64,000 nucleotides of DNA. It comes from Myxococcota bacterium. GTDB taxonomy: Bacteria > Myxococcota_A > UBA9160 > UBA6930. Of the stretch, positions 9,513 to 19,291 are shown in pieces. The translations under genes and the position numbers were made by a program. A model generated the notes under the pieces. The model did not search any database. It was not told the DNA's origin and worked only from the letters and a program-made list of their open reading frames with translations. The stretch spans positions 3,200,001-3,264,000 of the forward strand of contig OZ245002.1 in NCBI GenBank assembly GCA_965223415.1. The letters run 5' to 3'. How positions within the stretch are numbered: position 1 is the stretch's first letter; each line of letters starts with the position of its first letter.

Positions 9513-10114
9513 GGGGAGTCTCCTGTGCGGGGCGCCTCCAGGGCACCGGTCAAGAAGTCGAGTAGCGCACTCAGCTGCGCCCCGGGCTCGCCTTCCGCCG
9601 GCGGGTCGGCCAGGCTGCGCAGCATCACGTCGATGGCGAGGCCCAGGCGCAACTGGAGGACCGGCCGCGGCAGCTCCGGCAGCGCCCGCTCGAGGAGGGG
9701 CACCAGCCGCTCGACGCCGCCCGGAAAGCGGTCCACCACGTAGCGCGGGTCGAGGTCGCGATCCGCCTGGAGCCGCTGGACCAGCCGCAGGTAGCGGAGG
9801 CCCGCCTCCCCGCCTTCCGCCAGCAGCTCGGCCAGGGGCTGGGCGAGGGCGGTCAGGACGGCCCGGGCCGAGGGGGCATCACCGTCGTCGAGGGCGTCGA
9901 GCAGCTGTCGGCGGCGCTCCATCAGGGCGGGCATCTGGCGCTGGAGGAGCGCCTCGACCAGCGCCTGCTTGGACCCGAAGTGGTAGTGGAGCGCCGCGGG
10001 GGAGAGCCCCGCCTCGGCGTTGATCGACCGCAGGGACACACCTTCGAGCCCGTGCTCAGCGAAGCGCCGTTCGGCGGTGTCGAGCAGCTTCTCCCGGGTC
10101 GACGGTCGCGCCAC
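9509..10114 (-). CDS. TetR/AcrR family transcriptional regulator
   Basis: TREKLLDTAERRFAEHG...SLRSI...AALHYHFGSK HTH. Confidence 0.92.
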   Translation of the reverse strand: MARPSTREKLLDTAERRFAEHGLEGVSLRSINAEAGLSPAALHYHFGSKQALVEALLQRQMPALMERRRQLLDALDDGDAPSARAVLTALAQPLAELLAEGGEAGLRYLRLVQRLQADRDLDPRYVVDRFPGGVERLVPLLERALPELPRPVLQLRLGLAIDVMLRSLADPPAEGEPGAQLSALLDFLTGALEAPRTGDSP

Positions 10115-10127
10115 GGCTTGCAGAGTA

Positions 10128-10158
10128 ACTTATCGTATGATTCAATCAATCGATAAGT
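10128..10158. promoter_or_regulatory. 31-bp near-perfect palindrome, putative TetR operator between divergent operons
   Basis: ACTTATCG-ta-TGATT-c-AATCA-at-CGATAAGT, AT-rich, in the 58-bp divergent intergenic region. Confidence 0.75.
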
Positions 10159-10172
10159 CGAGGAGTGAACCC

Positions 10173-11789
10173 ATGAGATCCCCTCTGCGCTCCGCCGGGC
10201 GCGTCCTGGGCGCCTGCCTGGGCGTGGCGCTGCTCCAGGTGGGCCCGGTCCGAGCTGCCGAGCGACCCCCTCGCAACCCCTTCCTGGCCGACTCGGTCTA
10301 CCCCCTCGGCCACGGGGATCCGGGCCAGCAGGATGCGCTGCCGGTCCCCGGCCCCGAGGCCCCCGGGCCCGCTCTCGCGCCCGGCGAGATCGATTACGCC
10401 CATGTCGGGCCGGCCCACTTCGGTGCCTACACGTCGAGCGCCTACCCGGACGGGCGCCGGGTCATCTGGAGCAACGGAGTCGACCGCATCGTCAAGGTCG
10501 ACTTCGATTCCTTCGAGGTGCTGGCCACCTACTGGGTCCCGGGCGCCGAGCGCTTCGACGAGGCCCAGGCCGATGCGTCGATCGCCGCCTTCGACGCCTC
10601 GAATCAGGGGTTCTTCGCCATCCTCCGCGCCTTTCGCGAGGCCTCGAAGCTGCGCGACCTGTCGAGCGTCTACACGACCCTCGGGGCCGACAACACCTAC
10701 TACGTGGCCGACAAGGACGGCACCATCACCGCCTACGGGGACGCGGATCCCGGGGACCCGGCTTCGGCGATCGTCGTGAGGCGGACCGTTCGACTCCCCG
10801 ATGAGGTCACCGGCCTGACCGTCGGCATGAACATGACCTTCGACGGCTGGCTGATCGTGCCCACCGAGCACGGCCACGTGGTTGCGATCTCCCGCGACTT
10901 CTCCGAACGCCGCGTGGTCCGTCTGCGTCACAGCGAGGGCGCCGAGGAGAAGGCGACGCGTCCCACCGGCTACGGCTGGGTGCGCAACGGCGTCGCGATC
11001 GACGAGGACGGCGGTCTCTACATCGCCTCCCAGGAGCACATGCACAAGGTCGTGTGGAACGGCGACACCTTGTCGACGGATCCCGCCGACGGCGCCTGGA
11101 CCGCGCGCTACCTGAACGGCTGGGGGCACGGCACGGGGGCGACGCCCAGTCTGATGGGCTTCGGAGGCGAGGACCGCTTCGTCGTGATCACCGACGGCGA
11201 GCCGCTGATGAACGTCGTGCTGTTCTGGCGCGACGCGATTCCCTCCGACTGGCGGGGGGTGCCCGGCGCGCCCGATCGCCGCATCGCCGGCATGCAGCCC
11301 GCCGACATGGGGGACCCTGAGCTGCAGGAGATCCAGTCGGAGCAGTCGGTCGTCGTCGCAGGCTACGGTGCCCTCGTGGTGAACAACGTGCCCCGGGGCG
11401 TGCCGTGGTATCTCCCCCGCCCGGCCGCCACGCTCCTGATCAGCTTTCTCGGCAGCGAGACGCTCTACCAGCCCTACGGCGTCCAGAAGTTCGCGTGGGA
11501 TCCGGCCCGTCGAACGTTTCGGCAGGCCTGGGTCGCCCGCGACGTGAGCTCGCCGAGCTGCGTTCCCGTCGTCAGCTATCCGAGCGACCGCGTCTACCTG
11601 ATCGGCGCTCGGCAAGACCGCTGGACGCTCGAGGCGCTGGACTGGAGCACCGGCGCATCGGCCTTCCACAGCGTGATCGGCGGCCAGCGCTACAACCCGC
11701 TCTTCTCGGGCACGCTGATCGACGAGGCCGGGCGCATCCACTACGGCACGCCCTGGGGTCGCGTCCGGCTGGCCCCCGAGGTGCCGTGA
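10173..11789 (+). CDS. Secreted hypothetical protein (paralog A)
   Basis: GAGGAG RBS, signal peptide, normal codon usage; shares many motifs with 12684-14249. Confidence 0.8.
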   Translation: MRSPLRSAGRVLGACLGVALLQVGPVRAAERPPRNPFLADSVYPLGHGDPGQQDALPVPGPEAPGPALAPGEIDYAHVGPAHFGAYTSSAYPDGRRVIWSNGVDRIVKVDFDSFEVLATYWVPGAERFDEAQADASIAAFDASNQGFFAILRAFREASKLRDLSSVYTTLGADNTYYVADKDGTITAYGDADPGDPASAIVVRRTVRLPDEVTGLTVGMNMTFDGWLIVPTEHGHVVAISRDFSERRVVRLRHSEGAEEKATRPTGYGWVRNGVAIDEDGGLYIASQEHMHKVVWNGDTLSTDPADGAWTARYLNGWGHGTGATPSLMGFGGEDRFVVITDGEPLMNVVLFWRDAIPSDWRGVPGAPDRRIAGMQPADMGDPELQEIQSEQSVVVAGYGALVVNNVPRGVPWYLPRPAATLLISFLGSETLYQPYGVQKFAWDPARRTFRQAWVARDVSSPSCVPVVSYPSDRVYLIGARQDRWTLEALDWSTGASAFHSVIGGQRYNPLFSGTLIDEAGRIHYGTPWGRVRLAPEVP

Positions 11790-11871
11790 CGTGTTCGCCA
11801 AGGAGAACCCTTCAGCCAAGCGATGATTTCCCGGCTGTGCGCCTGCAGCGGGCATTCCGGAGGAGGACCCC

Positions 11872-12687
11872 ATGACCGAACCCACGCCCTGTGCGCTCGT
11901 GACCGGCGCCGGCCGGGGCCTCGGCCGCGCCATCGCCGAGGCCTTCCGGGCTCGGGGCTACCGCGTCGTGGCCACCGACCATGACGAGACGCTCCTGAAG
12001 GACCTGGAGGGCCAGGAGGGCTACCTGACCGCGCAGCACGATGTGAGCGACACGGACGACGCAGCGGCCGTCGCCGACCTCATCCGCGAGCGCTGCAGGA
12101 GGCTGGACGTCGTGGTCAACAACGCGGGAATCAACCCCTTCTATCCCGTGTGCGAGGCGCCGCCCGAGCGCACGATCCAGGGGTTCAGAGTCAATTCCTT
12201 CGGCGCCCTGATCGTCACCCAGGCCTGCCTCGACCTCCTGATCGCGAGCCGGGGACGCGTCGTCAACATCGCCAGCGAGTCGTCGCCCTTCCGCCCGCCC
12301 TTCCAGATCTACCAGTCCACGAAAACGGCCCTCGAGTGCCTGTCCGACGTGATGCGGCGGGAGCTGCAGCTCCTGGGCGTGCACGTGGCCATCATTCGCC
12401 CTGGCGCGATCCAGACCGAGCTGATCGAGGGCACGAAGAAGGTGGAGATCGACCTCCCGGGCAGCCGCTTCGAGCCCTTCTTCCCGAAGCTCCGGGAGCT
12501 CGTGACCAGCAACCTGCCGAAGAAGCTGTCGAAGCCGTCGGAGGTGGCCGCCGTCGTCGTCCGAGCGGCCACCGACCCGAGGAAGAAGGCCCTCTACCGC
12601 GTCAACAACGATCCGAAGCAGCGACTGATCGCCCTCCTGCCGAAGGGCATGGCGGACCGGCTGATTCTGCGGGGGTTCCGATCGTGA
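11872..12687 (+). CDS. SDR family oxidoreductase
   Basis: TGAGRGLG, VVNNAG, YQSTK and RPGAI motifs. Confidence 0.9.
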   Translation: MTEPTPCALVTGAGRGLGRAIAEAFRARGYRVVATDHDETLLKDLEGQEGYLTAQHDVSDTDDAAAVADLIRERCRRLDVVVNNAGINPFYPVCEAPPERTIQGFRVNSFGALIVTQACLDLLIASRGRVVNIASESSPFRPPFQIYQSTKTALECLSDVMRRELQLLGVHVAIIRPGAIQTELIEGTKKVEIDLPGSRFEPFFPKLRELVTSNLPKKLSKPSEVAAVVVRAATDPRKKALYRVNNDPKQRLIALLPKGMADRLILRGFRS

Positions 12688-14249
12688 GCCTCCCCCCCGC
12701 ACTCCTCCTCCTCGCCGCCGCCGCGGCGCTGCCCGCTCCGAACCCGTGGGCCGCCGATGGGCCGTACCCGATGTCTCACCACAACCCGGCGCAAACCGAC
12801 ACATCGGTCGTGGAAGGCCCGACCAAGGGCAAGGTGCTCACGAGGGCCGACGCGAAGACCGTACCTGTCAGCTGGTGCTCGGCGCCGATCGTCAAGAAGG
12901 TGGGCGAACACACGACGGTGATCGCCGGGACGCCGCATGGCCTGGCGAAGATCGACGCCACCGGCGAAGCCTTCGACCTGGTCGGGTTCATGCCGTACCC
13001 CGGACTGGAGGACGAGCACACCGACGTCAGCCACGAGGACATCGCACACCACATGGAGCGCATCGACGCGAAGCGCCGCAAGAAGCACGACCTGCGGCTC
13101 TTGCTCCGCTCGGTGTGGATGCTCTTCGGCCTCGAGATGGTTCCCAACCTCGGCTCCGGCGCCTACGGGGTGATCGACCGCGACGGCTACCACTACACGT
13201 TCTACGACATGACGCGGCTCGTGAAGTCCTTCGACGGGAATGGCCGCACGGCGCCACTCTCGCCCGTCGCCCACGTCGACGTGCGGGAGGGGCTTCCGCC
13301 GGCGGAGGCGGAGGGCATCGATCGCGTCATGGGAATCACCCTGACCTATGACGGTCACCTGGCGGCGGCAGCGGCTGGAGCGCTCTTCGTCTTCGACCGC
13401 GACCTCCAGCGCAAGGACCATGTGCTCTTCCCGGGCGAGCACGTCGAGAACTCGATCGCCGCCGACGAGGACGCGATCTACGTTGTCACCTCGAAGCGCA
13501 TGCACAAGGTGGTCTGGACGGGGGAGCGCCTCTCGCAAGACCCGGCCGACGGCGCCTGGTCGAGCCCCTACGACGTGATGCCGGAGGGCGAGGCCATCCG
13601 CCGCGGCGCGGCCTCCAACGGCTCCGGCACCACGCCTACGCTGATGGGCTTCGGCGAGGATGAGGACAAGCTCGTCGTGATCTCGGACGGCCATCCGGAG
13701 GGCGCTCGACTCGTTGCCTTCTGGCGCGACGAGGTGCCGGAGGGCTCCCAGCGCATCGCCGACCGCATCCGGATCCGCGTGAGTCCGATCACCGTCGAGG
13801 CCTCGCCCGCGGTCCACGGGTACGGGGTGATCGTCCTCAACTCGACCTACCCGGACTCGGCGCCGGCTCCGTTCCACATCCTCGGGAACGCGTTCCTCGC
13901 CGGAACGACGCGCGAGCCGCCGCTCGGGGCCCAGAAGTTCGAGTGGAATCCAGAGGCGAACCGCTTCGAGGAGCGCTGGTTCCTTCCCGAGATCGACAAC
14001 ACCGACTGGATGCCCCCGGCGATCTCGCCCCGGAACGGCCTGGCCTACGTCTCCACGAAGACGGACGGGCGCTACGAGTACCGCGCGATCGACTGGGAGA
14101 GCGGCGAGGAGGTGGCCCGCTGGCCCTTCCCGGACGACAGCGTCCTCTGGAACAATTGGGGCGGCATCACGACCCTCCTCGAGGATGGCGACCTGCTGCT
14201 CGGAGGGTTCTTCGCCGTGAAGCGCTACGACATCGGACACCTGCGATGA
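12684..14249 (+). CDS. Secreted hypothetical protein (paralog B)
   Basis: GTGA overlap with the SDR stop; signal peptide; motifs shared with 10173-11789. Confidence 0.8.
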   Translation: MSLPPALLLLAAAAALPAPNPWAADGPYPMSHHNPAQTDTSVVEGPTKGKVLTRADAKTVPVSWCSAPIVKKVGEHTTVIAGTPHGLAKIDATGEAFDLVGFMPYPGLEDEHTDVSHEDIAHHMERIDAKRRKKHDLRLLLRSVWMLFGLEMVPNLGSGAYGVIDRDGYHYTFYDMTRLVKSFDGNGRTAPLSPVAHVDVREGLPPAEAEGIDRVMGITLTYDGHLAAAAAGALFVFDRDLQRKDHVLFPGEHVENSIAADEDAIYVVTSKRMHKVVWTGERLSQDPADGAWSSPYDVMPEGEAIRRGAASNGSGTTPTLMGFGEDEDKLVVISDGHPEGARLVAFWRDEVPEGSQRIADRIRIRVSPITVEASPAVHGYGVIVLNSTYPDSAPAPFHILGNAFLAGTTREPPLGAQKFEWNPEANRFEERWFLPEIDNTDWMPPAISPRNGLAYVSTKTDGRYEYRAIDWESGEEVARWPFPDDSVLWNNWGGITTLLEDGDLLLGGFFAVKRYDIGHLR

Positions 14250-15406
14250 CGCTCACCTACGACCCCCACGCGCCGGACCTCCAGCCCCGCCTCTACGAGA
14301 CCTACCGCCGGATGCGCGACGAAGCGCCCGTCCACTACTGCGCGCCGCGGGATCTCTTCGCGGTCAGCCGCTACGCGGACGTGGAGGCGGTGCTCCAGGA
14401 CCACGAGACGTTCCAGAACGGTGGCGTCGAGGAGTCGCGGCTGCTCCTGCCGATGATCGTCTACACCGACGGGCCGAGGCACCGGCAGCTGCGGGCGATC
14501 GTATCCCGGGCCTTCACGCCGCGGCGGGTCGCCGGCCTCGAGGACGGGATCCGCCACGCCACGCGCCGGCTGCTCGATGCGCTCCCGACGGGCGAGCCGG
14601 TGGACCTGCTGCATCGTTTCGCCGCCCAGCTGCCGAGCCTGGTGATCTGTCACCTGGTCGGCATCCCCGAGGACCGCCGCCAGACCTTCCTCGACTACAC
14701 GGACAAGCTGATCGCGACGGGCCCGAAGGGCCAGGACATCGCGGCCCCGGCGGCCGGCATCTACGGCGAGTTCCGACATCTGCTCGACCTGCGCCGGGCC
14801 GAGCGAAGCGACGACCTGATGAGCGCGCTGCTCGACGCGGAGGTGGACGGCGAGCGCCTCGGCGACGACGACCTGCTGGGCTTCTGCTTCAACCTGATCG
14901 TCGGCGGCACGGACACGACGATGAACCTGATCGGCAACGGCACCGTGCTGCTGGCCCAGCATCCCGAGCAGCGGCGCGCGTTGTCGGAGGATCCGTCACG
15001 CCTCCCCGGGGCGATCGAGGAGATGCTGCGCATCGAGTCGCCCACCCAGGCGCTCCCGCGTTGTCCGTCCCGCGACGTGGAGCTCCACGGCGTCGCGATC
15101 CCGAAGGGCGCCCGGGTCACGATCCTCTACGGCTCCGCGAACCACGACGAGCGGGTCTTCGCGGAGCCGGAGCGCTTCGACATCGGGCGGGTCGGGGTCC
15201 GCCACCTGGCCTTCGGGCTCGGCGCCCACCACTGCCTGGGTGCCAGCCTGGCCCGGCTCGAGGCTCGCGTGGCCTTCGAGGAGCTGCTCGGGCGCCACCC
15301 CGGCTACCGGGTGGTCGGGGAGCCCGGCTGGGTGCCCTCCCGCTGGGCCCGCTCCCACGACGCGATTCCGGTGCTGCTGGACGGGAGCGGCGAAACGCTC
15401 CGCTAG
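14246..15406 (+). CDS. Cytochrome P450
   Basis: I-helix VGGTDTT, EEMLR (ExxR), PERF and heme ligand FGLGAHHCLG. Confidence 0.95.
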   Translation: MTLTYDPHAPDLQPRLYETYRRMRDEAPVHYCAPRDLFAVSRYADVEAVLQDHETFQNGGVEESRLLLPMIVYTDGPRHRQLRAIVSRAFTPRRVAGLEDGIRHATRRLLDALPTGEPVDLLHRFAAQLPSLVICHLVGIPEDRRQTFLDYTDKLIATGPKGQDIAAPAAGIYGEFRHLLDLRRAERSDDLMSALLDAEVDGERLGDDDLLGFCFNLIVGGTDTTMNLIGNGTVLLAQHPEQRRALSEDPSRLPGAIEEMLRIESPTQALPRCPSRDVELHGVAIPKGARVTILYGSANHDERVFAEPERFDIGRVGVRHLAFGLGAHHCLGASLARLEARVAFEELLGRHPGYRVVGEPGWVPSRWARSHDAIPVLLDGSGETLR

Positions 15407-15422
15407 CAGCCGCTCCCCGCGC

Positions 15423-16136
15423 TCACCACACGCCGGGCAGCAGCCGGTAGCGGGTGCGCTCGGCGAAGGCCACGTAGCCCGGCAGCTCCTCGTGCAGGGT
15501 GCGATCTTCCATGACCGTGCGGGCGAGGATCATCGCCGCCAGCAGGCCCCCCGGCACCAGGCCGAAGCGGGAGCCCAGCGCCACGGGCAGGGCCAGCACC
15601 AGGACGATCACCGCCACGTACATCGGGTGGCGAACGACCGCGTAGGGCCCGGTCGTGACGACCTCGTGGCCGTGCTCCTCGTCGACCTTCACCACGCGGA
15701 ACAGGTAGGGGTTCTCGCGCATCACCCGGGCGAGCAGCAGGAAGCACGGTACGTGCAGGGCGAGGGCCAGGACCTCGACCCAGACGGGGAACGGCTCGCT
15801 CCAGCCGAAGCGCACCACGTCCAGGCCCGGGACGACGAAGAGTGCGATGCCCACCGGGAAGGTCGCCAGCATCCACAGCTTGTCCCAGCCTTCCTGGTCC
15901 TCCTGGGCCGGCCGGGCGTCCATCCGTGCGGCGAGAAGCGCCGGATCGTTGCGCGCCAGCCACACCGTCATCAGGACGCCCCAGCCGAGCCACATCGCCA
16001 CCAGCACCCAGGCCTCCCACCACTGCCAGGTGCCCGCCGGCCACAGGAAGGCCAGTGGGAAGAGCGCCATGCGCACGCCGGCGCCGACCCACGCCTTCGC
16101 GCCGATCGGCTCGCTCGCCGGCACCGGCTCGCTCAC
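15423..16136 (-). CDS. Isoprenylcysteine carboxylmethyltransferase (ICMT/PEMT)-family membrane protein
   Basis: TM helices, VVTTGPYAVVRHPMY, EDRTL..ELPGY and RYRLLPGVW motifs; GTGA overlap. Confidence 0.88.
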   Translation of the reverse strand: MSEPVPASEPIGAKAWVGAGVRMALFPLAFLWPAGTWQWWEAWVLVAMWLGWGVLMTVWLARNDPALLAARMDARPAQEDQEGWDKLWMLATFPVGIALFVVPGLDVVRFGWSEPFPVWVEVLALALHVPCFLLLARVMRENPYLFRVVKVDEEHGHEVVTTGPYAVVRHPMYVAVIVLVLALPVALGSRFGLVPGGLLAAMILARTVMEDRTLHEELPGYVAFAERTRYRLLPGVW

Positions 16137-17362
16137 TGCGCCCGGCTTCGCTCGTAGCGCGCCCGCTGGAAGGTCGGGCAAGGCGAATCCGGGATCTCGT
16201 CCAGCGGCACCTTCACCATCTCCGGGGTGATGGCCACCTTCGCTGCGGCCGGGCGGAGTGCGTCGAGATCGAAGCCGTAGAGCTTCGCCGCGTTCTCGCC
16301 GAGCATCATCCGCACCTCCGCCTCGTCGACCTCCGAGAACGCCAGGCGCATGTTCTCGCGGGAGTGCGGGTAGCAGCCTTCGTAGTGCGGGTAGTCGTTG
16401 CCCCACAGGATGTGGTCCACGCCGACGACCTCCCGGCCGGCGATGTCCTGGGGCGAGGGGAAGGAGGCGCCGTACCAGCAGTTGCGCTTCGCGTAGAAGC
16501 TCGGCGGCTCCTCGAGGGCCTTCGACCGGGAGTAGTCCACCTCGCCCATCATGCCCATCTTCATCCCCATGTGGATCCCGTCCATGCGGCGTAGCAGCCC
16601 CGGCGCCCAGGAGCAGCCACTCTCGGTCAGGATGAAGCGCAGCTTCGGGAAGCGCTCGAAGACACCCCCCAGGATCAGCTGGGTGAAGCCGCGCTGGACC
16701 ATGAAGGGCATCTCCAGCACCCACAGGGCATCTCCGCCGGGATCGGTGCCGTAGTTCGGGGTGCCCTGGCCCGAGTGCTGGTTGACGACGAGATCGCAGT
16801 CCTGGATCGCCGCCCAGAGCCGGTCGTAGGTCGGGGAGTAGAGGGGCGGGAGATGGATGTCGTCCAGGGCGGGGAGTGGAAGCAGCACGCCGCCGCGGAG
16901 GCCGTGCCTTGCGATCCACTCCACGTCCGCCACCGCCTCGTCCACGTCATTCAGGTGGATCAGGCCGATGCCCGCTCGCGTCTTCGGCGCTTCGGCGCAG
17001 AACTCGGCGAGCCAGCGGTTGTGGGCGCGGGTGCCGGCGAGCCAGCGGGGGAAGTCCTCCGGCTTTGCCGTCGGCGAGACGTGGTAGGCCTTGCGGTAGA
17101 AGGGGGGCACCGTATTCGGGAAGATCACCTCGGCGACCACGCCGTCGGATTCGAGGTCCGCGGCCCGCTCTCCCGAGTCCCAGTTCTTCGTCTTCTTGCC
17201 GCCCAGGTGCTTCTTCGACGGGTTCCGGTAGGCGCTTCGCCACTCGTCGAAGGCCCCGCGCTCGGCCGGGTCCAGATAGTTCCGGTACATGTCGAGGGAG
17301 GCGCCGGCGTGGGTGTCGCCGGTGATGACGATGTAGGGCTGGGCGGGGTCGGTAGGGCTCAT
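16133..17362 (-). CDS. Amidohydrolase_2 family protein
   Basis: GDTHAG, AEVIFPN, AHNRWLAEF, GVFERFPKL and WGNDYPHYEG motifs. Confidence 0.9.
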   Translation of the reverse strand: MSPTDPAQPYIVITGDTHAGASLDMYRNYLDPAERGAFDEWRSAYRNPSKKHLGGKKTKNWDSGERAADLESDGVVAEVIFPNTVPPFYRKAYHVSPTAKPEDFPRWLAGTRAHNRWLAEFCAEAPKTRAGIGLIHLNDVDEAVADVEWIARHGLRGGVLLPLPALDDIHLPPLYSPTYDRLWAAIQDCDLVVNQHSGQGTPNYGTDPGGDALWVLEMPFMVQRGFTQLILGGVFERFPKLRFILTESGCSWAPGLLRRMDGIHMGMKMGMMGEVDYSRSKALEEPPSFYAKRNCWYGASFPSPQDIAGREVVGVDHILWGNDYPHYEGCYPHSRENMRLAFSEVDEAEVRMMLGENAAKLYGFDLDALRPAAAKVAITPEMVKVPLDEIPDSPCPTFQRARYERSRAQ

Positions 17363-17450
17363 GGGTGGAAGGTACAACCGGCTCGTCCCCCACGCGAAGG
17401 TCGCCGGCGGGGTTCAAGGGCACGCACTCGTTCGCCGACAGGGGGACTCG

Positions 17451-18008
17451 ATGAAGCGCGAGATGAAGGGCATCGTCGTCGTGGGCGCCGTGAAGGCGCT
17501 CCGCCGCTGGCTGCGGGGGCAGACGCCCGAGCCGGAGCTGGGCCTTTCTCCCGAGGCCCGGCTGCTCCTCCGGAGCCGCGAGATCCTGCCGAGCTCCTGG
17601 TACCCCTACGGGGCCTACCTCGAGCTCATGACCGTGGCCCACGAGGAGATGCTGGGCGGGGACGACGAGGCGTTCCGCGAGTTCGTCGCGGCGGGTACCC
17701 CGATCGTCTACGGCGGCGCCCACCGCATCCTGATCCACGACGGGGACCCGGGGCGGACGCTGCGCCAGGTCGGCTCCCTGTGGAAGACCTGCCATTCCTT
17801 CGGCGATCCCCGCGCGGAAGTCGCGGACGGGAAGGCCATCGTCCACTTCGAGGAGGTCGAGGGGATGACCCGGCTCGAGGGTCTCGTGAACGCGGCCTGG
17901 GTGGCCGGCGCCGTGGAGATGGCCGGTGGCGCGGACGTCCGCTGGTCGTGGCTCGAGGAGCCCTGGGCGGGCGGCGCGGAGCTGCGCGTCCTCTACCGCT
18001 GGCGCTGA
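17451..18008 (+). CDS. Hypothetical protein (resembles myxobacterial DUF2378-like proteins)
   Basis: GGGGA RBS, plausible codon usage; KG..., SSWYP, W..H.FG and final YRW pattern; family assignment tentative. Confidence 0.6.
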   Translation: MKREMKGIVVVGAVKALRRWLRGQTPEPELGLSPEARLLLRSREILPSSWYPYGAYLELMTVAHEEMLGGDDEAFREFVAAGTPIVYGGAHRILIHDGDPGRTLRQVGSLWKTCHSFGDPRAEVADGKAIVHFEEVEGMTRLEGLVNAAWVAGAVEMAGGADVRWSWLEEPWAGGAELRVLYRWR

Positions 18009-18037
18009 CCGGGCCCGCTCGACGGCCCGTGGCGGAT

Positions 18038-18052
18038 GACACAGACTGTGTC
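18038..18052. promoter_or_regulatory. Perfect palindrome upstream of acyl-CoA dehydrogenase pair
   Basis: GACACAG-a-CTGTGTC, 23 bp before the GTG at 18076. Confidence 0.5.
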
Positions 18053-18075
18053 CCGCACGTCACGAGGAGTCCGCC

Positions 18076-19281
18076 GTGTCCGATGCCCAGCTCACCGCTC
18101 CGGAGCGCGAGTTCCACGAGTACGCCCGCCGCTGGCTGGCCGAGAACGCGCCGCCGCCGCCGCCGGAGCGCCTGCCGATCATGCCCATCGAGGTGATGAC
18201 CACAGTCCAGCGCGATTACCTCGTCGACTGGCAGCGCAAGTGCTACGACGCGGGGCTTATCGGCGCCGACGTGCCGAGCGAGTACGGAGGCGGCGGCCAC
18301 GAGGGTTTCCAGCGCATCGCCAACCAGGAGATGGCGCGCGCGGGCACGCCGTTCATGATCAACATCGTGGCCCTGAACATGGCGGTGCCGACGATCCTCG
18401 TGCACGGCACCGAGGAGCAGAAGAAGCGCTTCGTCCGTCCGGCGCTGCGCGGCGACGAGATCTGGTGTCAGGGCTTCAGCGAGCCCGGAGCCGGCTCCGA
18501 CTTGGCGAACCAGCAGACCACCGCCGAACGCCGCGGCGGTGGCTGGATCGTGAACGGTCACAAGGTCTGGACCAGCCTCGGCCATTTCGCCCAGTGGATG
18601 ATCCTGCTCGCCCGCACCAGTCGGGAGCACAAGTACGACGGAATCACCTACTTCCTCTGCCCCATCGAAGGACAGCCGGGTGTGACGGTGCGGCCGTTGG
18701 TCAAGATGACCGGCGAGAGTGGCTTCAACGAGGTGCTCTTCGAGGACGTGGAGGTCGCCGACAGCCTGCGCCTTGACGACGTGGGGAAGGGCTGGACGGT
18801 TGCGATGACGACCCTCACTTACGAGCGCGGTGCCGCCGAGAGCGCCGGCGGTGGGGGCGGCGAACGCAAGCCCCAGGTGCAGCGTCTGATCGAGCTGGCT
18901 CAGGAGAGCTTCCGCGGGGGCGTGCGGGCCAGCGATGATCCGTTCATCCGGGACGCGCTGGTCGAGCGGGCGATCGTCGCCGAGGGCATGCGGCAGAACG
19001 CGCGGCGGGCCCGGGTGCCGGCGCTCTGCGACCACCCGATGCGGCTGCCGCTCCAGTCGAAGGTGACAGGCTCCGAGTTCGCCCAGCAGAATGCGCGGCT
19101 GGGCACCCTGATCGCGGGCGCGCGGTCGACCCTCTACAAGCTCGATCCGAACGCGCCGGACGCGGGGCACTGGCCGCTCGCCTACATGAACTCCTACGGG
19201 CACACGATCGCCGCCGGCACGAACGAGATCCAGCGCAACATCCTGGGCGAGCGGGTGCTCGGCCTGGCGAAGTCGAAGTAG
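18076..19281 (+). CDS. Acyl-CoA dehydrogenase (first subunit of tandem pair)
   Basis: WCQGFSEPGAGSDLA, NGHKVWTS, FNEVLFEDV and GTNEIQRNI motifs. Confidence 0.93.
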   Translation: MSDAQLTAPEREFHEYARRWLAENAPPPPPERLPIMPIEVMTTVQRDYLVDWQRKCYDAGLIGADVPSEYGGGGHEGFQRIANQEMARAGTPFMINIVALNMAVPTILVHGTEEQKKRFVRPALRGDEIWCQGFSEPGAGSDLANQQTTAERRGGGWIVNGHKVWTSLGHFAQWMILLARTSREHKYDGITYFLCPIEGQPGVTVRPLVKMTGESGFNEVLFEDVEVADSLRLDDVGKGWTVAMTTLTYERGAAESAGGGGGERKPQVQRLIELAQESFRGGVRASDDPFIRDALVERAIVAEGMRQNARRARVPALCDHPMRLPLQSKVTGSEFAQQNARLGTLIAGARSTLYKLDPNAPDAGHWPLAYMNSYGHTIAAGTNEIQRNILGERVLGLAKSK

Positions 19282-19291
19282 GGAGGCGGGG

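Noticed and set aside
5508..9743. Very long ORFs such as 5508-9743, 30558-34172, 58976-62122 and 52963-55599
   Set aside because: Antisense or off-frame shadows of real genes; stop codons are rare at this GC content and the translations lack family motifs.
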